A DNA stretch of 64,000 nt from Bacteroidales bacterium. Its GTDB lineage: Bacteria; Bacteroidota; Bacteroidia; Bacteroidales; WRLA01. A program made the translations under genes and the position numbers. How positions within the stretch are numbered: the first letter of the stretch is position 1; every line of letters begins with the position of its first letter. This document shows positions 28,579 to 38,700 of this stretch, piece after piece. The notes under the pieces were generated by a model. The model ran no database searches, was not told the DNA's origin, and worked only from the letters and a program-made list of their open reading frames with translations. Where the stretch lies: positions 1,550,991 through 1,614,990 of the forward strand of contig OY781463.1 of NCBI GenBank assembly GCA_963676725.1, written 5' to 3'.

Positions 28579-31014
28579 CTAATAAGTGATAAAGGTTTTT
28601 ATAATCCGTTCTTGCTCTGTATTAATCTCGATAAAATACATTCCGGGAGCTAAATTGCTTATATCTAATTCTCCGTTTATTGACCAATTTGTGCTCAGTT
28701 TTTGCCCTTCCATTGTATAAATAACAATGCTCTGAATTGAAGTTTCAGTGGCGATAAACAGTTTATGATGTGCAGGATTTGGATAGATGTCGATCGTTTC
28801 TAAATCATTAGATTGAATGGATGTGGAGATGTCTTCCGGAAAGATAATCCGATCGATCCATGCAGCATCCTCACCTTCACTGTTTTGGCCATTTTTCATA
28901 TACACCCACATCAGCGAATGCGAGCCTTCTTCCACTTCATATTGTGCTATTTTCCAAGGTATTTCACCCGACCATTCATTCATTAAACGGTCATCAAGAT
29001 AAAACATAAGTTTATCTCCATTATATTCTGAACTTACTTTATACGAAAACGTAAGTACACCGGATTGTAGGATAGGGCTTGTATAGAATAATTTTGTTTG
29101 ATGCAGGTCGCCAATATCTCCGGATTTCATGCTGTATAGGCCATCTGCGGCAGTATCATTGCTGACAAACCACTCTTTAATGCTTCCTCCACTAAAGCCT
29201 TCCGGGATGATGCCTTCTTCAAACGAAATCGCAGTAAATGCCTCCAATTCGTACCAGACCTCATTATTGCCTCCGGAAAGCTCAATATTCGTATAAACTG
29301 ATTCGTAATTCTCCGCATAGATATGTATCGAATAATTTATTGCATAGAGGTTTGGAAATTCAAAAATGCCCATTTCATCACTGATTGCTTCTGCTGGATG
29401 ATCGCCCAATAATTGTATCTTGGCACCTTGAATTGGAGCGCCGCTTTCTTTATTTGTTATTGTACCGCCAAGCATTGCTTCAGGAATGGGTTTTAAAGCA
29501 ATATCAAGAATTGTTGCTTCATTATCAATACTTTCAACATTTTCTACTAATGTATCCTGATAACCATAAGCACTGAATCTCATGCTGTAATTGCCCGGGC
29601 TCAAAAGCCTGTAATAAGTGCCAAAAGTTGAGTCACTAAGATAATCTTTGCGAAAACTGCCGCTATTGTCAATCTCCAAAACTTCTGCTTTTGCAACCAT
29701 GGCTTCTCCTGTTGCAGCATTTGTAATATGTCCTTTTACAGTATTTTGAAAGGGTCTTTGCAGTAAAATTAAAGCTGCTTCAAGGTTTTGTTCGCAGATT
29801 ATCTCTATTTGTGTGGTCTGTGGAATAAACATGGTCGCCAGCTCAATCGTATAGGCAAAAGTTCCATGTTCGCCATAGGAATAATCGTCGAGGGTGCCCA
29901 TTGCCGGGTATAGCTCCCATGATTGGCTTGGGGTATAATGATCGCCAATAAAAGCTGGGATATTTTCTGCCATTTGAATGCCAAGATCTTCCAGTGCTTC
30001 AAGGTCAGGGGATACTGCTTCTTCATGATATCCATATGGATACAGAACTAATTCGCCAAAGCTATGATAAGAGATCCCCGCCAAAAAATGCCGAGTATCC
30101 ATTAAATCGCGCAGGTACTGAATCTCAACCTCCGAAAAGGCTTCAGGTCCATGATACAGTATGCTTTCAAAGCTATTTGAAGCGCCCACCAATCCCCATT
30201 TGAAACTATAATTCCTGTTCAGGTCAACGCCATCCTGCGAAAAATTGGAATTAGTATTCAAAAGAAAATCTTCATTATTATCGCGGATATTTTTACGCCA
30301 CCAAACATCCAGATTGTCTAAAACAATTTTATTGCCATCGGGATTTACCATAGGCACAAACCAGATTTGCGTTTCATTGACGATATCCTCAATATCGCCA
30401 TTATTCTCATATTCTGTAAGCAAATGTTCCAATACATAAAGGGCTACTTCAACACTGATGGGTTCACGGGCATGATGTCCGCCAAAGATATATGAATTCG
30501 GTTCATCTTCTTCAATTTCAGGATTGTCAGAAACTTTCATGCCCCAAATATGATGTTGATATTCATCGTAAGCGGTATATCCTTGGTTTGCATAAATCTG
30601 CCCGGTGGATGGCCCCAGATCGACTAAAGTACAGATGTCGGGATAATCAGCAGCAAATTGCTCCAGTTTTTGAAGCATTGCGGCATAGTTCGTATACTGT
30701 GCGTCGCGCAGGCCTTTTGTGTTTTGCTTCATCTCAGCCTCCGTAAACAATACCGAAGCCTTGTAGCCTTGGCTTTTTAGTATTTGAATGTAGGCTTCAT
30801 CATATAAAAGAGTCACTTCTTTGCCTGATTGGCTGATGATTTCCGCTGATTCAGGAAGAACGTTTTTTACATTTTCATAAGAATCCTGAATACGAATGAC
30901 TGCTCTTTCTTGCGCCAAAATACTATTATCCGACAGTAGAAACCCAATAAGCAAAACTGCTATAGGGATAAAATTGACAGATTTACACGAAGGTATAAAA
31001 GGGCTTTTTCTCAT
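28579..31014 (-). CDS. M14 zinc carboxypeptidase with T9SS CTD
   Basis: HHARE, NPDG, RKN, GVDLNRNY, SYHS, IEL; C-terminal IYPNPA. Confidence 0.92.
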   Translation of the reverse strand: MRKSPFIPSCKSVNFIPIAVLLIGFLLSDNSILAQERAVIRIQDSYENVKNVLPESAEIISQSGKEVTLLYDEAYIQILKSQGYKASVLFTEAEMKQNTKGLRDAQYTNYAAMLQKLEQFAADYPDICTLVDLGPSTGQIYANQGYTAYDEYQHHIWGMKVSDNPEIEEDEPNSYIFGGHHAREPISVEVALYVLEHLLTEYENNGDIEDIVNETQIWFVPMVNPDGNKIVLDNLDVWWRKNIRDNNEDFLLNTNSNFSQDGVDLNRNYSFKWGLVGASNSFESILYHGPEAFSEVEIQYLRDLMDTRHFLAGISYHSFGELVLYPYGYHEEAVSPDLEALEDLGIQMAENIPAFIGDHYTPSQSWELYPAMGTLDDYSYGEHGTFAYTIELATMFIPQTTQIEIICEQNLEAALILLQRPFQNTVKGHITNAATGEAMVAKAEVLEIDNSGSFRKDYLSDSTFGTYYRLLSPGNYSMRFSAYGYQDTLVENVESIDNEATILDIALKPIPEAMLGGTITNKESGAPIQGAKIQLLGDHPAEAISDEMGIFEFPNLYAINYSIHIYAENYESVYTNIELSGGNNEVWYELEAFTAISFEEGIIPEGFSGGSIKEWFVSNDTAADGLYSMKSGDIGDLHQTKLFYTSPILQSGVLTFSYKVSSEYNGDKLMFYLDDRLMNEWSGEIPWKIAQYEVEEGSHSLMWVYMKNGQNSEGEDAAWIDRIIFPEDISTSIQSNDLETIDIYPNPAHHKLFIATETSIQSIVIYTMEGQKLSTNWSINGELDISNLAPGMYFIEINTEQERIIKTFITY

Positions 31015-31016
31015 AT

Positions 31017-34000
31017 TTAGAAGCTTGTTTTGATCATTTTAAGATAATTGGGTTCTTGGTTTTCTTTAAGAACTTCAATAATGTATATCCCTGAAGGCCA
31101 GTGTTTACTAATAATACTTGTCTCTGCATTATTGATAAGTGCCGAAGAAATCAATCTGCCATTCATTGTATAAATATTGTATGTGCTACCGGCTTCTGCT
31201 TTGAGGATAAAGCTGTTGTTTGCCGGATTAGGATAGACGGAAGCTTCCTTCCCTATCGGTTCATCAACGCCTGTTGTCAGTCTCTTGAATGGAGGAAATA
31301 TAATGTAATCAACATATGCAGCATCATAGCCCTCCGAATCTTTTCCGTCTTTTTCATAATTCCAGACAAAGTCATGCAAACCGGTGCTGACATCAAATTC
31401 TACTTTTTGCCATTCCGATTTTCCGGACCATTGGCCTTGCAATTCATTATCGATATAGAAATTTAGATAATCATTGATTTCGGAACTGGTTTTTACGAAA
31501 AAGCTGATGCTTGTATCCTTTATAATATCGAGTTGAATTTGTAGTGCAGAAGAATTATTATCGCTAATGGGACCCGATTTGGCATAAAACGAACCTTCGA
31601 TTGGATCTTTATATCGGATTTTCCATTCTTTCTCGGGCATTTGCCAGTCAAACATTTCAAAGCTTTCCGATTCAAAATCTTCTACCTGCAAGCCAACAAA
31701 AATGGTGTGCTCAGTACTAAAAGAATAAGCCCCGGCTTCAAAATTCATGCGTATTTTTCCGCTTTCACCTATGGACATTGATGGGCTGATTTGTATGGTG
31801 AAATTGGCTGATTTTTCACTATTCTGCCAGAGGTTTCCCATTTCAAATTCTTCATTATCAAAACTAAAGAATGGACATAGGCTTTCTACGGTCACTTTTA
31901 CATCCTGCAAAGCAGCATGGCCTGTATTGGAAAAAGGGACTTCCATTATAAGCTCTTCGCCGGGGTCGGGCTGGTTATTTGGGAAGGTGCTTTGTGCATC
32001 ATTCCAAATAATCTGTTGCTGCACCGGAATAGGAGCGTTTATTTTTGTTGAGATGGGAAATATCCAGTTTTGCGTTTCCGATTCAAAAGCAATCAGAAAA
32101 TTTAAAGGATATTGATCGGGCAGGCTGTCGCTGATTTTTATCACATTTCCGCTGCTTTCAATTATTTGTGTTTCGCCCGATGCCAGTTGGTCTATGGTTC
32201 CGTTTCCTCCCAATGTCTCAATTGTGGCATAAGCACAGCTATCAATTAATGTGTATTGAATATTGGAAGCATTTGCATTCCCGTAATTCTTCACATTCAC
32301 CCAGAATTCGATTTGCTCTCCAAAATCAATACTATCATTGAATAATGTATTTCCTTCCGCTTCAATATATCCACCGGAAGTGCTCACAACAAATGGTCCG
32401 CTATAAAGTACTTCGATACTGTCTTGCATCATCAGGCGATTGTGTCCACTGATATATACATACACAGGCATTGGGTTTTCTAATGGCTGAAAAAGAGTGA
32501 GTTCTGTTGCTCCATCTGTCTCGGAAATTGCTCTCCCAATCAGCTTATTATTTTGAATAAGTGCGATATGGGCTCCTGAAAATCCTGCCGTAATCGATAC
32601 TGATTGTTCTTCAAAAGCCATGCTTTCCGGAAGAATCGCCGCAGTGATTTCCATGGGTACATCCGTCCAGACATCCATCGAAGGATCGCCAAAAAGAATA
32701 ATTTCCATGCCGCCCCATCTCATATAATCATCTTCCTGCATCCATGAGGCAAGCTCGTGTTTGCAATCATCGTTCATGCGTCCAATCTGGCTTATTTCTT
32801 CGCCAAAAAGCGCATCAAAAAATTCCCTGTCAAAATATTGACTGATTCCGTTTGTATTGCTCGGGCTATACCAGCCATAGCGTGAATTAGACAGGCTGGC
32901 AACCATTCCTGTATTCATATTGGTGATGTTCTCGGCAAAACAATCCGATCCGGCATAACTTCCTGCGGCGGTATTGCGATTGTCAAAGGAACCATTATAA
33001 CAGCCTTGTGAAAATCCAATTACATAAGAATGATTTACACCATCGTTGGTTACAGTGCGTTCATTCACATCGGCATTGTTCATTTTCATATTGTAGGTTG
33101 TATTGGAATGTCCCAAATGGTTGAGCATATGCAGGCCTTCTTCATTAAAATGAGTGAATACCTGATTTTTACTCCAATAATGGTCGCGATCGTATAAAGT
33201 GCTGATTTGGAATTGCTCGGGGAAACCGGCAGTAGTGATGCCATGTGCGCTGCTTCCGTAAGCAACATCGTCTTTTGAGTCTCCGCCCCAGGTTGGGTCG
33301 TTATCCAGATTTTCACCAATCATAAGGGCTTTGGTAATATCTGCAACAACGGGTTCTGTGCTGTATTTTATAATCTTATTGATAAAGGAAGTTGCCTCAG
33401 AAAGTTGGTCGACGCAAATTCTTCCAACACTAACCTCCATAAAATAATCAACTTCGTTGGCTTCACCATAACGACTATTGCCGTTTTCATTCCAATTCCC
33501 GTCAAGACCACCATAATACATATCGCTCGGCAAATCTTCTTCGCCCATGATGCCTAGGTACATGCCCCTGTGGGGAATGATATTGTTTTCCATATTTTTT
33601 GGATCACTATCGCCACCAAGAACAACAAAACTAATGCCCGAATTTTCATAATAATCGATGATGCAATTACGGATTTTGTCCTGTTTGTCGATGCCGGAAT
33701 AATTCGCTTCAATTTCTTCAGTAGTAACCAATGTTGTGGCATAGGCCATTTTTTGTTTCAGTGCAATAAATTCCTCAAAAGCCGGTTTCAGTTTTTCTGA
33801 TGTAATAATGAGTAAGTCCCATTCTACGTTTCTGGATCGAATTTTTACAGGATAGCTTTCCAATGCTTCTGTATGATCACAATAATGACGCACTTTTGCT
33901 TGTGTTTCTTCATCGCTCCTTAAAAAACTCAGGCTTTTTGCTGCCTTGGAACTACTTTCAGTTTCAATTAGTAGGCGAATGCTTTTCAAAACGCGGCATT

Positions 34001-34484
34001 GTTTTTTTATGGGGTTAAAAGAGCAGGGACTTAAATTCATCATCAGCATTCCATAGCCCCTAAATGACGCCGGCCCCTGACTGAGAAGAGCTTGTTCCGG
34101 AAACCATGCATCTTTGGAATAAATGCTTTGGTTTTTTTGGGGTTTATATCCTTTTGGCGCGCCCTCACTAATAGGGAACTGCCCTGATGCCGGGGCAAGC
34201 ATACCATTGATTGGTTCATCGTAATATTCTTCAGAGATAATTCGAATGCTCTTGCATTGCGTTCCTGCAGCTAATAAATAAGTATAACTCATTGCAGCTA
34301 TTGCAGGATTTCCTTCTTGTCCGCTGATTTTATATGTATCCGATGAAAAATGCACATATCCATCGTCCATTTGAAGAGTTTCAGGATATTGAAATGTGAT
34401 ACTGACCGTGTCGGTGATGGCATAGGCCGAAATGCTTATGCTGAATAGGAAGGCAAAAAGAAAGCCTTGGATTGCTCTGCTCAT
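31017..34484 (-). CDS. C25 (gingipain-family) cysteine peptidase with T9SS CTD
   Basis: FVVLGGD, SDMYY, VGRI, NHLGHS (His), SQGCYNG (Cys), LFGDPS; VYPNPA. Confidence 0.92.
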   Translation of the reverse strand: MSRAIQGFLFAFLFSISISAYAITDTVSITFQYPETLQMDDGYVHFSSDTYKISGQEGNPAIAAMSYTYLLAAGTQCKSIRIISEEYYDEPINGMLAPASGQFPISEGAPKGYKPQKNQSIYSKDAWFPEQALLSQGPASFRGYGMLMMNLSPCSFNPIKKQCRVLKSIRLLIETESSSKAAKSLSFLRSDEETQAKVRHYCDHTEALESYPVKIRSRNVEWDLLIITSEKLKPAFEEFIALKQKMAYATTLVTTEEIEANYSGIDKQDKIRNCIIDYYENSGISFVVLGGDSDPKNMENNIIPHRGMYLGIMGEEDLPSDMYYGGLDGNWNENGNSRYGEANEVDYFMEVSVGRICVDQLSEATSFINKIIKYSTEPVVADITKALMIGENLDNDPTWGGDSKDDVAYGSSAHGITTAGFPEQFQISTLYDRDHYWSKNQVFTHFNEEGLHMLNHLGHSNTTYNMKMNNADVNERTVTNDGVNHSYVIGFSQGCYNGSFDNRNTAAGSYAGSDCFAENITNMNTGMVASLSNSRYGWYSPSNTNGISQYFDREFFDALFGEEISQIGRMNDDCKHELASWMQEDDYMRWGGMEIILFGDPSMDVWTDVPMEITAAILPESMAFEEQSVSITAGFSGAHIALIQNNKLIGRAISETDGATELTLFQPLENPMPVYVYISGHNRLMMQDSIEVLYSGPFVVSTSGGYIEAEGNTLFNDSIDFGEQIEFWVNVKNYGNANASNIQYTLIDSCAYATIETLGGNGTIDQLASGETQIIESSGNVIKISDSLPDQYPLNFLIAFESETQNWIFPISTKINAPIPVQQQIIWNDAQSTFPNNQPDPGEELIMEVPFSNTGHAALQDVKVTVESLCPFFSFDNEEFEMGNLWQNSEKSANFTIQISPSMSIGESGKIRMNFEAGAYSFSTEHTIFVGLQVEDFESESFEMFDWQMPEKEWKIRYKDPIEGSFYAKSGPISDNNSSALQIQLDIIKDTSISFFVKTSSEINDYLNFYIDNELQGQWSGKSEWQKVEFDVSTGLHDFVWNYEKDGKDSEGYDAAYVDYIIFPPFKRLTTGVDEPIGKEASVYPNPANNSFILKAEAGSTYNIYTMNGRLISSALINNAETSIISKHWPSGIYIIEVLKENQEPNYLKMIKTSF

Positions 34485-34838
34485 GAATTAATTCTTAAAG
34501 TTAAAAAAGGACGAAATTAGTAATATACCTCTATATATGAACCACTTCAGGGCATTTCGTTGTCCCAAACCAAAGGAATAGATGAAATTTTATATTTAAA
34601 TAATTGATTTTTAGTATTATGTGAATTGTGTAGATTTTTTTTAAATAGGACTTCTACGTCAATGCCCGCTAAACCATTGCCTTGTCCAAAAAACGAACAA
34701 AGCTTTAAGTTTTTTAATCCCGCCAATAAATGACTATAGTTTTGGATTGATGGTGGAATCGATTTTGTGGTTTTTTGCGCGGGATTATTATCTATCTTCG
34801 TAATTCAAAAATAATCTTGAATTTTAAACCATATACTA

Positions 34839-35573
34839 ATGAAAAAACAGCTTCTTTCATTTTTTGTTCTCCTATTTATTGCTTTTGGATGCACGAATAC
34901 ATCGAATAAAACTGTGGATGAAACCTATGCTTTTGAAGAGATAAAAACGATGGATTCGGCTGATTTTTATAAGCTTAGTATTGATAAGCCACTTTTGCTC
35001 GGAAGCAAGTCCGGAGATACAAACCATACTGCCCGGGTTTTTAACCATGCCGTGGATACTTTCTTATTGCGCATGACTGCTGATTTCAGGGGCAATCAAT
35101 TGGATAGCCTGAAGGCTCTTGTTGCACTCTCATCGAGCGGAGCAGGCGTGGAAAAAGTGATCGCTAATGTTATTTTGCTCGAAAAGGATCCTTTTTATAG
35201 TGTGCGTTTTTCTGTGTATGAATATATGCTTGGAGCACATGGTTTTACACAGCTTTTTAGCTTTAACTACCGCTCTTCAGATCAGTCTTTTCTCAGCATT
35301 CAGGATGTTTTGAAACTCAATGATAATAATATTGAGGCAGTAAATCAATTACTGGCAGAGTATTTTGAAAACCCTGATTCATGCTTCGATCAAATGCCAC
35401 AAATTACTCCTGATTTTGCTTTGTTTAACCTAACTGAAAAAGGGGTTCTCTTTAGTTATGAAGCCTATGAATTGGGCGCATATTTCTGTGGAAGCCCCGA
35501 AATATTATTGCCTTATCGCATCTTGAAAGAAAAGGGTTTGCTTCAAACAGAATTTGATAACTTTGCGGAATAA
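34839..35573 (+). CDS. DUF3298/RsiV-like lipoprotein
   Basis: Lipobox AFGC; GAHG; YELGAYFCGSPEILLPY. Confidence 0.8.
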   Translation: MKKQLLSFFVLLFIAFGCTNTSNKTVDETYAFEEIKTMDSADFYKLSIDKPLLLGSKSGDTNHTARVFNHAVDTFLLRMTADFRGNQLDSLKALVALSSSGAGVEKVIANVILLEKDPFYSVRFSVYEYMLGAHGFTQLFSFNYRSSDQSFLSIQDVLKLNDNNIEAVNQLLAEYFENPDSCFDQMPQITPDFALFNLTEKGVLFSYEAYELGAYFCGSPEILLPYRILKEKGLLQTEFDNFAE

Positions 35574-35730
35574 GTCTTCTGTAAATTCAGTATTTGCCTG
35601 CATTCATAAATAATTCTTACTTTTATTCATGATTGTGCTCTTATATTCTTGCAATTCATGAAAGGATGGCTTGGATAGAGCATAAATCATTATAGTAAAT
35701 GCTTTATTATTAATGATGTAAACCTACGTT

Positions 35731-38700
35731 GTGAGAATCAGGACAAAAATACTGCTGGCTTTTCTTTTTGTGATTATCCTTTCTTTTGGTGGAATTCTGC
35801 TGATGATCAATCATAATCTTGATCAGCGCTCAAAGGATTTTGCTTATAAAATAGCAATCGAAAATGCACATCGTCGGGGACTTGCAATTCAGAATGAATT
35901 TAATCAGGCTGTTGCAATTTCCAGAACCTTGGCCTATTCGCTCGGACAAATGAACGAATCAGGTTTTACGGATGTGAATTTTATTGATAGTCTTTTGCGT
36001 GCAATCCTGCTTGAAAATGATGTTTATACATCAGTTTGGACGGCCTGGGAACCGAAAGGCTTTCAAAAGGATCGGGCCACTACTGATTTTAATGACCCCC
36101 TTCAACCACTGCAAAAGGCATGGTTTCAGGAGGATGGGGATATTTGGACAGAAAAGAATGGCTTCTATATTCCTACTGAATATGCAGATATTTCTAAAGC
36201 TCCGCATCAGCTGGTTTTTAGTAATCCATTTAAAATTAGAGGTAAAAATCTCGTAAACGTTATCGCACCGATTTTTGTGCAAGATGAGTTTGCCGGAGTT
36301 GTTGGTATAGATTTATCATTAGGAAAAATCGAAAAAGGAATTCATGGTGAGAAGATTTTTAAAATGAGCAATGCTCTTCTAATTGATGCCAACAATACAA
36401 TTGCTTTGTCGCCCGAATTTCCCGAATTGGATGATCGTCCCATAAGTATTTTCAATAATTATAAGGAAGTTTCTAACGCAGTGAATGAACATAAGGCAAC
36501 CGGATTTTATGGCTGGTCCGACTTTCTTTCTTGTGAAATATATCATATAATTCAACCGATCCATATTAAGGGTGCAGATGTATGGTGGACATTATTAGTG
36601 CAAATTCCGGAGGCTTCTATTCTTGCACCGCAACATGCAGTGAAAAGGCAATTTATTTTTGTCGGTTTGGCCGGAGGACTCTGTATTTTGCTATTACTGT
36701 TTTTTGTAATTAAATATTTTGCTCGGCCTGTTGGCGAAATGTCGCGTAACCTGAAACACCTTACCCAAGGCCAAACCGAAGGCTTCGAGAATGTGCAAGA
36801 ATACCGTAATGATGAAATCGGGGAAATGAATCGAAGCTTTTTGCATCTGGTGGATACGGTAAAGCAAAAGAATATTGCGGAAGAAGAATTGCTGAAGGCA
36901 AAAGAAGAAACAGATAAAACAAATAAATTGATTACCCAGCTTAATATTGAACTCGAAGACAGGGTAGCCCAACGCACAAAGACATTGCACCTAGAAATTC
37001 AGGAACGCGCAAATACAGAAGCGCGTCTGCGAAATAGTGAGGGTGTTTTGAGAATTGCACAGTCTTTGGCGAAAACAGGAAGCTGGCAAATCAATCTAAA
37101 AAATAATAGTGCTCGTTATTCCCGAGAATGGTTTAAAGTACACAATATCACTCTTGAACATCAGGAAATGCCTTCTCCCGATTTGCTTACAAAAAGTATT
37201 TTTGAAGAGGATAAACCTCAGTTTGAAAAGCAATTAGCTGCATTGATCGAAGGAACAGAGAATTCTCAAAATGGATTATATCGTGTTGTGCTCGATAAAA
37301 AAATAAAATGGATTACATGGACAGCACGCCGATTTACCGATCAGGAGAGTGGTGAGGAAATGATTACCGGCGCTGCTCAGGATATTAGCATTCGAAAACA
37401 ATATCAGGAACACCTCGAAGATTATAAGCTTATTATTAATACCTCCGGGGAACTTATGGCTCTGCTGGATATGGACTTTCGTTTTTCTGCTATAAATGAT
37501 GGCTTTGCAAAAGCTTTTCAGCAAACAAAATCGAGCATCCTAAACCATAAAATGGAGAATGTTTTTCCTTTAAAAGAGGAAAGGGATTTGATGTATTCTT
37601 ATCTGGAAAATGCAGCCATAAATGGCTCTCAAAGGTTGCAGGAATGGTTCAGTATTGGAGACGATCGTCATTATTTTGATCTGAAAATCAGTCCTGTAGC
37701 AGATGCTTCAGGTAAAGTTAGACGCCTGGTTCTGAGTATGAGCGATATCACGGAGATGAAAAAAACAGAACAGCAGCTGAAAGTCTTTAAACGGCTGGTG
37801 GATGCTTCCGGCCTGGGATTTGGAATGACCGACCTGAATGCTTGTGTAGTTTATGAGAACCCAACACTAATGAAAATGGCCGGTCGCACAGATTTTGACG
37901 GTCTTTCCGGTATAGAAATTTACAATTCATATAGCCCAAAGGGTAGCAAGTTGATTAAAGAAACTATCTGGCCTCACGTGATGCAGGGTGGACAATGGAT
38001 CGGGGAATTGGAATTATTAAGCGATAAAGGGCATGTGATTCCCAGTATCCAGAATTTTTTCCTAATCAAGGACTACCAAAATCAACCCGCACAGGTTGCT
38101 GTTGTAATTACCGATATCAGTAAACGAAAAGCTTTTCAAGATCAACTTGAATATCAGGCTCGTATCCTTCAGAATGTTTCTGATGCCATTATTTCTACGG
38201 ATAAGGATTTTCAGATTATGACTATGAATAGCTCAGCTGAGAAATTATTTGGATGGCATCTTGGGGAATTAAAAGGCAAAGCTCTCAATGAAATCTGGCA
38301 TCAAGAGGAAGAGGGTTTTCCCAAAATTATTGAAGATGAATTATTGCTTTCAGGATATTGGTTGGGTGAGAGTGTTTTATATACACGTCAGGGCAAAGAA
38401 ATTCATAGTCTTACTTCAATGACCCAACTTAAAGATGATCAGGGTCATATAAATGGTCATGTTTTAATTATTAATGACCTAACAGAACAAATCAAAGCGC
38501 AAAAAGAGCAAAGGCGTTCCGAGAAGAATTTTTCTTCCATCTTCCAGCATGCCGCTATTGGTATTGATGTGATCGATCAGAATATGAGGTTTCGTGAATG
38601 CAATGCGACATTTATGAATATGATTGGCTATGAGAAAGAAGAAATTGATGCATTGGATATTGCCCGAATTTCGCATCCCGAGGACTGGCAGAAAAATAAA

